Source: Scyliorhinus canicula (lineage: Eukaryota). Taken from it: a stretch of DNA of 64,000 bases. The position numbers and the translations under genes are program-made. Of the stretch, positions 24,371 to 35,727 are shown piece after piece. Location of the stretch: positions 1 through 64,000 of the forward strand of contig NW_024055456.1 in assembly GCF_902713615.1 (NCBI RefSeq), written 5' to 3'. The first letter of the stretch is position 1. Each line of letters opens with the position of its first letter. The notes beneath the pieces were generated by a model that did no database searches, had not been told where the DNA came from, and worked only from the letters and a program-made list of their open reading frames with translations.

Positions 24371-25449
24371 TGAGAGTCCTTTTGGTTCCCTCAATCCAGC
24401 TGAGTGTATAAAAATAATGAAGACAAAAAACAGAAGGAATTTCATCTAAACTGTCACCGTGAGAATTGAGAGTCAGGAGTGAGAGTGTCACGAACATGTT
24501 AATGCCGACAAGACCTGTTCGCAGTTCCCATCACATTAATACAAAGATAACACAATACAGGTACTATAAATCTAAAATAAACACTTAACCTGCTGGAAAG
24601 TCTCAACAGGTAAGAAAGTGGATGGAAAATCGGTTTGTTTTTCGTACATTCACATTATTTCCACTCTCACAGGAAGGTCCGGGAAGTTGAAGGATTTTGG
24701 AGGCTGATTCAGTTGCACGAACACTTCTCCCATGGTCAACAATCCTGGAGTGGAATTTGAACCCAGGTCAAACAGCTCAGAAACAGAAGTGCTGCCAAAT
24801 GTGTTACTCTGGCGGGTCGCAGTTTCAGAGTGGAATACAGTTACTTTCAGGCCGAAGAACCTGGTGCTGATAATCTGTCAGTGACTTGTACGTGAACTCT
24901 GTTTATTTCAGAATCTGCATGACATGCAGAGCAATTCCAGCAATTTCGTTTTTTATTGCCATCACACTAACTTCATCCAGTTCATATTGAAATGGTGCTT
25001 GACTTCGTAATTGAGCATTTGGGGGGAAATCTGATATATGAATAGGCGCCATTTGCTCTGATATCAATAGACGCTGTCTCTCTCTGTCACACACACATGG
25101 TTACTTCATACCCAACGTTGATTGGCTGTACTCCATTATCAGACTCGGCCCACTGATGTGGTCAGTAATGCAGTGCAGGTTTCAACTTTGAAAAATGCAC
25201 CGATAACTGTACTGTGTGCATTTAAGGTAAATATGCAATAAGGGTGGACACAAAGACGCTACCTACGCGATGGTTAATTAGTTTAACTGCCATTCAGGTT
25301 TTAATGCTCTGATTCTCTGTTACTAGTCCCATTATTATTAACGTCCCGGAAGACGTGTTTGTTAGGTGAATTGAACATTCTGAATTCTCCCTCAGTGTAC
25401 CCGAACAGACGGCGGACTGTAGCGACTAGGGGATTTTAACAATAACTTC

Positions 25450-25675
25450 GACAGGGAAAATGCTGGAAAATCTCAGCAAGTCTGGCAGCATCTGTAGGGA
25501 GTGAAAAGAGCTAACGTTTCGAGTCCGATGACTCTTTGTCAAAGCTTTGACAGAGTCATCGGACTCGAAACGTTAGCTCTTTTCTCTCCCTGCAGATGCT
25601 GCCAGACTTGCTGAGATTTTCCAGCATATTCCCTTTCGTTTCAGATTCCAGCATCCGCGGTAATTTGCTTTTCTC
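25450..25675. mobile_element. Penelope-like family B mini-element: two pLTRs in inverted orientation (226 bp)
   Basis: About 90-bp arms (25454-25544 and 25545-25633) with no loop, 3 mismatches and a 2-nt indel. Perfect 16-bp TSD TTTTAACAATAACTTC at 25434-25449 and 25676-25691. Confidence 0.85.
25510..25545 (-). ncRNA. Minimal hammerhead ribozyme variant with U3-A8 core (PLE family B)
   Basis: Minus strand: GCT-TTGACAA-A-GAGTC-ATCG-GACTC-GAA-ACGT-T-AGC. Same topology as the family A motif, with C3>U and G8>A and a GUU triplet. Confidence 0.6.
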
Positions 25676-26019
25676 TTTTAACAATAACTTCATTCCCGTG
25701 TTAATGTGAGCCTACTTATGATAATAATAACAATTTTTTTCATAATGGTTTCTGGAAACTGTGCCCCTGTCGGTTCTAAGAGCCTGTTTCCTGTATTGTT
25801 ATTTTGACCTATTCCAATCATTATTGTGCAAAGTATTTTTACGATTATAACCACACAAATACACGCTTATTCCAATGTTAGATCACGTGCTGTCTTTCAT
25901 ATGCCTACGTAATCCATGTATCACATTTTATTGCTCTCTTGACAAGTTCGTGTGATCACTACTTTCGCATATATCTCTGTCTATATTGGGCCAGGCCCTG
26001 TCTCTGTTATTACTGCACT

Positions 26020-26960
26020 GTATTTTTTAATTCATTGATGGGATTGGGGCATGGCTGGTTAGGTCAACATTGCTTTCCGATCTCTCGTTGCCCTTCAGAA
26101 GGTGAGTTGCCTTCTTAAATCGCCGCAGTACCTGAGGTATATGTACCACAGAGCTGTTTGGGAGAGAAATCCAGAATTGCGACCCAGCGAAAGTGAATGT
26201 ACGACGATATATTTCCAAGTCAGGGTGGTGAGTGGTTTGAAGGGGAGCCTCCAGGAAACGGTGATCCCAGGTTTCTGCTGCTTTTGTACTTCCAGAAGGT
26301 ACTGTTCGTGGGTTTGGAAGTTGGTGCCTAAGGAACCTTGTTGAGTTGTTCTAGTGCATCTTTTAGGTGGGACAGAAAGCTGTGATTATTCGTCAGTGCG
26401 TAGGGATTTAATGTTTTTGGCAGGGTTAGCAATCAAGCGGACTGCTCTCTCCTGGATGGTGTCTTGCTTCTCGAGTGTTGTTGGAGCTGCACCCATGCAG
26501 ACAAGTGGAGAGTGTTCCATTACACTCCTGACTTGTGCCCTGTAATGGTGGACAGGCTTTGGGGAGAGAAAGTGAGTTACTCGCGGCAGGATTCCTCACG
26601 TTTCACCTGTTCAGTTAGCAACAGTATTTATATGGCTAATTCAGCTAGTTCACCAGTTCAGCTTCCGGTCAACGGCAGCCCCTGGATGTTAATACTGGGG
26701 ATTCCGTTGTAATGCCATTGAATGTCAAGGGGAGATGGCTCGATCTTCTCTTGTGAGATCGGGCCTGCACGCCACTTGTTAGCCCAAGCCTGAATATAGT
26801 CCAGATCTTGTTGCATTTTGACATGGACTGCATCTAATGAGTCGCAAACGGTGTTGAACATTGTGCAGTCACCAGGGAACATCCTCACTTTTGTCTTTAT
26901 GATGGACGAAAGGCCAATCATGAAACAGCTGGATATGGTTGGGCCCAGACCACTACCCTG
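26020..26960 (-). mobile_element. L2/CR1-clade-like LINE fragment (same family as 17560-19370)
   Basis: ORF 26658-26921 RMFPGDCTMFNTV...MQQDLDYIQAWANKW resembles the RT (F.DD) region. Confidence 0.65.
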
Positions 26961-27589
26961 AGGAACGTAGCAGCTTCAGGTAAAGCAATAACTGAGACAG
27001 TGGCTCAAGTAATACAAACAGGAGCATGTTCGGGTTAGTATCAGTTGAGTCTAGTGAAGTAACAATTCAGGCATGGACATTATAATAACCGATTCCATGC
27101 TATCGTAACCTCCTCAATACAGTGGGAATATAAAATGGGCCTTAGTTTATCATGTTAACAGCTGAGATTGACCACAGAAACAACTGAGAACTGCTGTCAT
27201 AAAATCAGAAACCTGGCTTAGCCTAATATAAGAGACAGTATCCAGGGTCCTTGGCAGTCACAATTGAGAAATGCTCTGCTTCATGTAATGTCAGCAATCA
27301 CGGTGTCGCTGCCATCAACTGGCCAAACCTTGCTATTGCAGTTATTGATTTAAAAAATATATTTCACTAGATGTGGCCCTCACAGGCAAGGCTAGCGTTT
27401 GTTCACCATGTTACCTGGTAAGTTACAGGGCCATTCCATTTGCATTTTTCAAGCACACTGTCAGCTGGAGCAGGATTTGAACACGGCCTCAGTGACTGAG
27501 GCTGGGCATCTCAATTACTGGCCCAGTGACATGCTAGCTAACCCACTGCCGTTCCCTTTAAACATAGTCAGAGGGCGTTTTAAGTAGAG

Positions 27590-28200
27590 AAGAAGGCCGT
27601 TTGGACCGACATATATGCGTCGGCCCTCTAATTATGCAATTTGCGGAATGCCATTATTTTCCCCGTAGTCTAGCACTGTTTTTCTTTTTGAGATTATAAT
27701 CTAATTCTGCTTTGAAAGCATCAATAAACCCTACCACCACCACACAAACGAACAGTCCGGTCCACATCCTAACCACTCACTGGTTGAAACTGTTTGTCCT
27801 CATGTCTCCAAGCTTATTTCCCCAATTCCTTCAATCTGTGACCTCAGGTACTCGGCCCTCTCAGCAGTGGGACAAGTTCCTCCATATCTACTCTGTCTAG
27901 AGCCCTCATGATTTTGAATATCTCCGTCAGATCACTTCGTAACCTGATGGTCAAGGGAAATAGTCGCAACTTTTCCAATCTATCTTCGTCGATTAAGTTG
28001 CTCATCTCTGGAGCCATTCCCGTGAGCATTTTCTGCACCCACCCTAATGACTCACATTCTCTCCTCAGTGTGATACCCACAATGCTTCAGTTCAGTGGGT
28101 TCAGGATTTAATACAAGTTTAACATAACGTCCTTTCCTCTGTATTTTATATACCCATTGATAATTCCCATTAATTGTTTTAATGACCGGTCTTACAATTG
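27590..28200 (-). mobile_element. Old CR1-type 3' relic
   Basis: ORF 27844-28080 DRLEKLRLFPL...RLRSDLTEIFKIMRALDRVD. Confidence 0.75.
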
Positions 28201-28264
28201 TCCTACCCTCATCAGTAATCTATCAACATATACATACAGGTCCCTCTGATAAAAGCAAATTACT

Positions 28265-28445
28265 GCGGATTCTGGAATCAAAAACTAAAAGAGAAAATGC
28301 TGGAAAATTTCAGCAGGTCTGGCAATTCTCACAGTATCTTCATTGGAAAGTAAGCCTACTTGTGACAGTGAATATTATTATTATAGAATCTGTAAGGAGA
28401 GAAAAGAGCTAACGTTTCGAGTCCAGATGACCCTTTGAAAAGCTC
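28265..28445 (-). mobile_element. Penelope-like family B pLTR relic interrupted by a SINE tail
   Basis: GAAAATGCTGGAAAATTTCAGCAGGTCTGGCA ... AAAGAGCTAACGTTTCGAGTCCAGATGACCC. Confidence 0.7.
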
Positions 28446-29526
28446 CCTCCGATCCTGAATTATTCATTTTATTTTATTTTGCCTTTCTGCATTCTGCAGG
28501 ACATTTGAATTATTTCACACTTTTCTGCACTAAATTTAATCTGCCAATTTCCCGCCCATTCCACAAACCTGTTCTTGTTGTTTTGAAGTTGTACATTATC
28601 CGACCGATGGTTCGCAATGTTGTCACATTTCATATCATCTATAGATATTGAAAATCGCCCCTCTCAGACAAGGTTCAGGTCATTAATGTGTCATATAAAA
28701 TGCTGATCCCTGGAACATTCACTACAAATCTCCCTTCACTCCGAAAAACAGCTGGTCTACACTGTTAATTGTTTCCTGGAAATTTCCTTTCGATCTTGAT
28801 TAATTATTTCCATTGCTTGAAAAGGAAATAAACATTTGCTACTCTGTCTTAATTTCGACTCCACATCATCCCTTCTTAACGCTTTAGCTTCATTTCACGA
28901 TAATAATCATTATTAGTGTCACAAGTAGGCCTACATTAACACTGCAATGAAGTTACTGTGAAACGCCCCTAGTCATCACACTCCGGCGCCTGTTCGGGTA
29001 CACGGAGGGAGAATTCAGAATGTCCAATTTACAGACAGAATGAGAAGAATTTGACGGGTCTCCTTTAACACATATAATAATTGAGACTTTCTGCAGCAAA
29101 ACAACAATGGGATTTCAATGAGTTGCCTGTAAACATTGGCGCTGTCCGCCTGAACCCCACTTACCGGCCGCCCATGGAAACAGTCTTCTTGTGCTGTCAA
29201 CATCTTTGCCTAAAATCCGATCCAAGACCTCGGAAATGAGTGCAACTTCTATCCTTTCCTCTCCGGCCTCATTCCCATCACGGATACAGCCAGAATGTGC
29301 TTGTCTGCAAAACATAAACCCATCCATTCAAACCTTTTCACCAAAAGCGTCCTCAGTATAGTCGTTTTATAAATCGATCCTCATGGTTAATGAGAAATAC
29401 ATCCCAGGGTTAATATCTAACACATTACCACGCTGACAACCTCAGGGAATTCCATTTTAGAAAGCTCACTCTGAAACGTCCAAGAAATTTGATAGTGTCT
29501 CTGACGGTATTTCTCTTTTGTGTTTC

Positions 29527-29878
29527 ATAGAACATAGAATTTACAATGCAGAAGGAGGCCATTCGGCCCATCGAGTCTGCACCGGCTCTTGGAAAGAGCA
29601 CCCTACCCCCTACCCAAGGTCAACACCTCCACCCTATCCCCATAACCCAGTAACCCCACCCAACACTAAGGGCAATTTTGGACACTAAGGGCAATTCAGC
29701 ATGGCCAATCCATCTAACCCGCACATCTTTGGACTGTGGGAGGAAACCGGGGCACCCGGAGGAAACCCACGCACACATGGGGAGGATGTGCAGACTCCGC
29801 ACAGACAGTAACCCAAGCCGGAATCGAACCTGGGACCCTGGAGCTGTGAAGCGATTGTGCTATCCACAATGCTACCGT
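29527..29878 (-). mobile_element. Full-length HE1-type SINE
   Basis: Head, V-core and LINE-like tail on the reverse strand. Confidence 0.9.
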
Positions 29879-30208
29879 TTCTATGGCTGTCTTAATCTGG
29901 TTGCTTATCTACTTTAGTGGTTGGCTGTGTGTCTGTTTGAGAGATCAGTTTGGGGATCTATCACTGTGTTTATTTGTCAACATGTCTATGTTTGTGTTGA
30001 TTTTGTGCTGTAAACGAGGCTGCTGCTGAACACGGGAGGTGGACCTATTCACTTACTTTGATCGTTGACAATTCAGACTAATATGTAATCGAAAATCAAG
30101 TCAACACTTGTTGGAATTTATTTCAGTGTCTGTGCATGTCTGTATGGATGTTTTACGTCCATGTCTTTGCACGTGGCCGTGTGTGTTTCCAATAGACGAT
30201 TCTACTGT

Positions 30209-30223
30209 GCACAGGAGGGCGCT
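30209..30223 (+). promoter_or_regulatory. CTCF-like motif upstream of V1
   Basis: GCACAGGAGGGCGCT, 12/15 to CCASYAGRKGGCRSY, about 190 bp 5' of the ATG. Confidence 0.35.
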
Positions 30224-30411
30224 CTCTGATCACTTCTCAAACATCACCAACTCATTCCAGAGGAAGCGACTGTTTTAAGACGTAAAAGTGGGCGGAGCGA
30301 AGAAATCGGATTAGACCTCATAACATCTCTCTATCTCTTTCATCTTCTCCAATTACAGGTCTGATACAGTCAGTGAAAACTGTCTCTGTTTCTGGAGTTC
30401 AGACACGAACC

Positions 30412-30894
30412 ATGGGGCTGATACTCTGCCTGTCTCTGGTTATTGTCCTGACCACAGGTTTGTTATATTGACCCTCTGGTCGAAATCCCCCAATTCCCAA
30501 ATTTATTCGTATTTCCATGTCCTGGTACTCCTCCTCCTGACGTTACTCCTTCTAACCCGCTTTGTGCCTGTTGTTGATTTTCAGGGATGAGTAAGGGAGA
30601 CTCAATTTCCCAGGTACAACAAAGAGTGGAAGCAGAAGAGGGTGAAGGTTCAGCAATACCCTGCAGTTACTCGGTATCGAGTTCAGCTACAAGCTATGGC
30701 ATGTTCTGGTATCGCCAGTATCCACACCGAGCTCCCCAGTATCTGCTCAGAGCCGATAGTTCTGGGTTTAACGAGACGGCTCCCGGCTTTGATCACTTCA
30801 GCGGGAAACTCAACCCGACACAAAGCACTTTTCACTTGGCCATGACAGATTTGAAGATGACAGACAGCGCCGTGTATTACTGCGCGCTGAGACC
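30412..30894 (+). CDS. TCR alpha/delta-type V segment V1, apparently intact (leader 30412-30457, V exon 30585-30894)
   Basis: Leader MGLILCLSLVIVLTT with phase-1 GT/AG intron. V exon GDSISQ...IPCSY...MFWYRQYP...DSAVYYCALRP is open. RSS follows. Confidence 0.93.
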
Positions 30895-30932
30895 CACAGT
30901 GAATGAGGGCCCGGCGGGCTCATACAAAAACT
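30895..30932 (+). other. 23-type RSS of V1 (22-nt spacer)
   Basis: CACAGTG + 22 nt + ACAAAAACT. Confidence 0.92.
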
Positions 30933-31276
30933 GATTGTCGCTGTTGGAAAATGTATCATGTTTCTAACTCCAGGATCAGATTCCATAATTTTCCGACCTC
31001 ATTCGCACAAACCTGCAAGTCTCCCGGGTGAATAACGGAATATATCTGTAACTTTAAACGTTCTAGATCAGGTGACAACATATCAGGCGGCACCTTTTAA
31101 AAGTTATCTAATTTCAGAGTTGTCACATTCTAAATTCCCTAGGGCAGAAATAAATACTGACTGAAATCAGTACTTTACCGGTACAAGGGACCCCAGTGGA
31201 AACGCATCTTGGTGTGGAATTGGGTGACTATTTATCCCGGGTAACTTTAATTCAATAATTATTCATTATATTTCAT

Positions 31277-31291
31277 GCACTGGATGGCGCT
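31277..31291 (+). promoter_or_regulatory. CTCF-like motif upstream of V2
   Basis: GCACTGGATGGCGCT, 13/15 to consensus. Confidence 0.4.
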
Positions 31292-31680
31292 TGACTGATT
31301 ATAAGATATTTATTTAACCTTTCACCATAATTAGAGACAAATATCTTCCTCAGGAAGGATGTAAACACTGAGATCGAAGCAAAACGATTTAAACGGAGAA
31401 AGAAGCAGAATGGCTGATAATGTGACGCAGAGAAAGTGAGTGAGAAAGACCAAAACGCACAGTCAGGATTGGAATGTGATTGGAGAGAACAAGCCGCAAT
31501 CATTCCCCAGCTAACAGTGATTGGTCCACAACTGGCGTCAGAGCTGAGAGACCGGCCAATCGCAGCACTGAGAGACGCCTCTCAGTTTCCAGGAATTGAT
31601 CAGCGTTTACTCTTTGATATTAGGCTCGACGCAGCAACATATTTGAAAAAGTGCCGCTGTTTACTGTCCCGTCAAGAACC

Positions 31681-32122
31681 ATGTGCTCCCTGTGTGCTTT
31701 ACTGGTAATAATGGTCTTGCCGTCCGGTGAGTCTGAGCTCAATTCCTCAATGTTGTTTCATGGGTTATATTTACTCCCAGATTTCTGACACATTCCATAT
31801 CTTGTTACAGGAACCAGTGGCCAAGATTCAGTTTCCCAGGAGCCGCCTGAATTACCGGTTCAGGAAGGACAGACGGCAATACAGTATTGAACTGCAGTTA
31901 CAATACAGATGTCACTGGCCAAACTCTCTTCTGGTACATCCAGTATTCCGGCGAACCTCCGAGATATCTACTGAAGAAATATAGCACGGGGACTGGAGAA
32001 GGGACTTCCGATTTCCCAGACCGGTTTTCTGCTGATTTAGACCAAGATAAGAAAACCGTTCCTTTAAATATCACCGGGATCCGTGTCTCTGACTCCGCCG
32101 TGTATCTCTGTGCTCTGAGACC
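31681..32122 (+). pseudogene. TCR alpha/delta-type V segment V2, single frameshift in FR1
   Basis: Leader MCSLCALLVIMVLPS (31681-31726). Exon from 31811 GTSGQDSVSQEPPELPVQEGQTAIQY* stops at 31888-31890; the rest (LNCSY...LFWYIQY...DSAVYLCALRP) is in another frame from 31887. Confidence 0.9.
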
Positions 32123-32161
32123 CACACTGTTACACAGACACAGTCACTTCGTACAAAAACC
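32123..32161 (+). other. 23-RSS of V2
   Basis: CACACTG + 23 nt + ACAAAAACC. Confidence 0.93.
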
Positions 32162-32697
32162 GGCAAGGCACTCTCACCTCCTCTCACTGAATCCGATCTG
32201 AGGCATGAATTGTGAACTGTTAGTACAAACAAAACTATATTAGAAATAACAGCTTGCCCAGATGATCTCTTTCTCTGGTGCTGAATGTTTTTCATTCTGT
32301 GTAAAATCCCGATTTACGGTGGTTTTCCTGGTCTCCGAGCTGATCTCTGAATGGGGAACTCTCGTTCTGTTATCGGAAAAACATGGACTGTAACCAATCC
32401 GTGCCCCACTTTAAATATTAACCCCGATAATGCCCGTTAGGAACTTAGTTGTTCAGTCGCTCAGTTTATTGAAGGAGGGTTCCAAATGATCTGCGATATT
32501 AAGGCAAATACGACATTTTTGCGATAGTGCAGTCAGGTGGATGTGAGTTAGATCAGCCATGATCTTATTGAATGGCTGAGCAGGCCCAAGTGAAGGAGCA
32601 AATGGTCCACTGCAGCTCCTGTTTCTTACTCTCTCATGATATTCTGTTCGGTTCATTGTTCTGAGAACAGTTTCATGTGGTTCCAGGTTCCTTGCTC

Positions 32698-32705
32698 TGA
32701 CGTCA
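32698..32705. promoter_or_regulatory. CRE palindrome, probably the displaced V3 promoter element
   Basis: TGACGTCA. CRE motifs are established TCR V-promoter elements; this one is now separated from the V3 ATG by the Penelope insertion. Confidence 0.4.
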
Positions 32706-32861
32706 TGGAGGAACAAAGTCACTCTGAGCTGATTGGCTGAAAGGTAGGACATAAGAGCTGAGGGATGATTGGGTGTCACCTCCACATTCTGGCAGGAATG
32801 AACGAATCAGTAGAGAGGTGGGATATTACTCAACAGCTTATCAATTCTTATCTGAAACAAT

Positions 32862-33998
32862 GATGTGGAGATGCCGGCGTTGGACTGGGGTGAGCACAGT
32901 AAGAAATCTTACAACACCAGGTTAAAGTCCAACAGGTTTGTTTCAAACACTAGCTTTCGGAGGGCAGCTCCTTCCTCAGGTGAATGCAGAGGTATGTTCC
33001 AGAAACATATGTATATATATATATATATAGACAAATTCAAAGATGCCAGACAATGCTTAGAATGCGAGTATTTGCAGGTAATTAAGTCTTTACAGATCCA
33101 GAGGAAGGGGTCACCCCAGGTTAAAGAAGTGTGAATTGTCTCAAGCCAGGACAGTTTGGCAAGTCCAGGCCAGATGGTGGGGGGTGAATGTAATGCGACA
33201 TGAATCCAAGATCCCGGTTGAGGTCGCACTCATGTGTGCGGAACTTGGCTATCAGTTTCTGCTTGGCAATTCTGCGTTGTCGCGTGTCCTGATGGCCGCC
33301 TTGGAGAACGCTTACCCGGAGATCAGCGGCTGAATGCCCTTGACTGGTGAAGTGTTCCCCGACTGGAAGGGAACATTCCTGCCAGGTGATTGTCGCACGA
33401 TGCCCGTTCATTCATTGTCGCAGCGTCTGCATGGTCTCGCCAATGTAAAACGCTTGGGGACATCCTTTCCTGCAGCGTATGAGGTAGACAACATTGGTCG
33501 AGTCACACGAGTATGTGCCACGTACCTGGTGGGTGGTGTTACCATGTGTAATGGTGGTATCCATGTCGATTATCTGGGACGTCTTGCAGAGAGTGCCATG
33601 GCAGGGTTGTGTGGTGTTGTGGTCGCTGTTCTGAAGGCTGGGTAGTTTGCTGCAAACAACGGATTTTTTGAGGTTGCGCGGTTGTTTGAAGGCAAGTAGT
33701 GGGGGTGTGGGGATGACCTTGGCAACATATTCATCTTCATCGATGACGTGTTGAAGGCTGCGAAGAAAATGTTGTAGTTTCTCCGCTCCGGGAAAGTATT
33801 GGACGACGTAGGGTACTCTGTCGGTTGTGTTCCGTGTTTGCTTTCTGAGGAGGTTGGTGCAGTTTTTTGCTGTGGCTCGTTGGAACTGTCGATCGATGAG
33901 TCGAGCGCCATAACCCGTTCGTACGAGGGAATCTTTCAGCATCTATATATGTCTGTTACGCTCCTCCTCGACTGAGCAGATCCTGTGTATACGGAGGG
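32862..33998 (-). mobile_element. Penelope-like element family A, 5'-truncated
   Basis: Minus-strand ORFs 33412-33942 and 33121-33411 encode the RT C-terminus and GIY-YIG domain. pLTR at ~32862-33120. Perfect 13-bp TSD TATCTGAAACAAT at 32849-32861 and 33999-34011. Confidence 0.93.
32942..32986 (-). ncRNA. Minimal type I hammerhead ribozyme motif, intact (PLE family A)
   Basis: Minus strand: CATTCAC-CTGAGGA-A-GGAG-CTGCC-CTCC-GAA-AGCT-A-GTGTTTGAA. Confidence 0.75.
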
Positions 33999-34057
33999 TA
34001 TCTGAAACAATTCAGCTTTAACTCACTCTGTTTAAATACACAACCAGCTCTGTGAAC

Positions 34058-34541
34058 ATGTTGGCTGTTATATTTTACACATTGCTCGCAGCTGCAGCTC
34101 TCTGAACTGGTAAGTTCCCAACTTTGCTCGTGTTACCGATATGGAAATTAACCATTTAGATGTGTCTCGCCTATTTTGCAATGTATTCCGTTAACGTGAT
34201 AACATCGTGATAATAAAAAAACTAAAGTCCTCTATTTGTAAATTTCTGCAGGTGTTCGAAGTGCAGACTCGGTCTCACAGGAGCCATTTACAACGACAAT
34301 GTGAGATGGAGACTCGCTGACCATCAATTGCAGCTATTCGACCACAGCTACTTCATATTCCTTACAGCTGTACCGGCAGGACGTGGGTAAATTCCCCAAA
34401 TTTTTGATCTACATCCATAGCTACGGTGGGTGTGGGGACTCGATTTTCAGCATCTCTGGACACTTCGAGGAGTGAGGGGAATTTCAGCATCCGGGAGCTG
34501 CGGCTGTCTGACAGCCCGGTGTATTACTGCGGACTGAGAGA
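34058..34541 (+). pseudogene. TCR alpha/delta-type V pseudogene V3
   Basis: Leader MLAVIFYTLLAAAAL*T (34058-34109) contains a stop. Exon from 34252 has TGA in FR1, Leu in place of the conserved Trp and a frameshift near CDR2, and ends DSPVYYCGLRD. Confidence 0.9.
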
Positions 34542-34580
34542 CACAGCGACAGCAACCAGAGGGAGCCTCGTACAAAAACA
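34542..34580 (+). other. 23-RSS of V3
   Basis: CACAGCG + 23 nt + ACAAAAACA. Confidence 0.88.
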
Positions 34581-35688
34581 CTGCCGCAGTGTGACAAAGA
34601 GAATAGCGGGGGAAAGCTAGACTTTATGAACTTATCAGCAGGTATTTCTGATTGAACTAAAGCCAAATTATGCACAAGCCGAGAGCAGCAGATGCCGCGC
34701 TAGGGATGGTTTATTCTGCTTATTTTACACCCAAAATATTACAGTATTTATTTCGGTTTCCAGCTTGAAGATATTGTGACAAAAATGCTGATTTGGCATT
34801 GACATTGTGAACCAGTCTTTCACACACCAGGTAAATGCAGCAGCGGGTATGTAACACTGAGGGGTGCTCAGGTCAAATGTACAAAGAATGTGTTTGTGCA
34901 GAACGCCGTACCCGATATGTTCAGATTTCCCAGAGCGCTTCTGTAGCTGATGGAAAACTCTTTGATGTTCATTTCTATTCGGTTGTTATAGTCAGATGGT
35001 TTTGTTACCATGAGTCCGGGTGTCTAGAACACCAAGTCTGTCCTAATGGATAATTTACTGATGAATCATTCTTCATCAGCTCCTAACCATGTTCGGAATA
35101 TAACCTCTGCACTTTCTCTATATTAAGGAGTGGTTGTTCGGTAGCACAGACCTGAGCATTGCTGAAATTAATTGTCGAAGTGTTTCGTATTGTGCTCATC
35201 AGAACAATGGTAAGAACAGCAATGTCAGGGGAAACAACAATACATTCAGCAATATTAAGGATTCTTAGATTTAATATGTGTCAGTGGCATTAACATCGAG
35301 AGGTGTTTAATTGAGTTATTATAATTATTGAGCTTTTCTCACCCAGTGGCCATTGGTTTGCACTGTGGACTGGTATTTCAAACCAGAAATGAATTGTCGC
35401 TCAGAGATTTCCTGAACAGCGGTCAGGGATATAAATAGTTCCAGGGCACCTGCACAGTTTACTTTCTCAGTGGTTGTGGCCAGTTCTCCGATATCCTCGT
35501 ATCAACATCAACTAATTCCGCTCTCAGTAAATGCAATAATCGGACTGATTCTGTCTTCGATGTGAACAATTTGATATGGAGCACAATGCTCGGGGTCTGT
35601 GCTCACAGGAAACCATTCACGCTTCAGTCTGAGCCGCTGTTATAAACAGCTCTCAACAGACAGCAGCTGTGACCCAGAAACCTGCGGT

Positions 35689-35727
35689 AGTTTTTGTACG
35701 AGGCTTGCCCTCGTTCCCATCACTGTG
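35689..35727 (-). other. 23-RSS of V4
   Basis: Minus strand CACAGTG + 23 nt + ACAAAAACT. Confidence 0.95.

Noticed and set aside
24903-25094. 63-aa minus-strand ORF in unique sequence
   Set aside because: No recognisable homology or flanking splice signals; length is compatible with chance.
35158-35215. Orphan leader-like stretch ending in GTAAG
   Set aside because: No ATG in frame and no downstream V exon on that strand.
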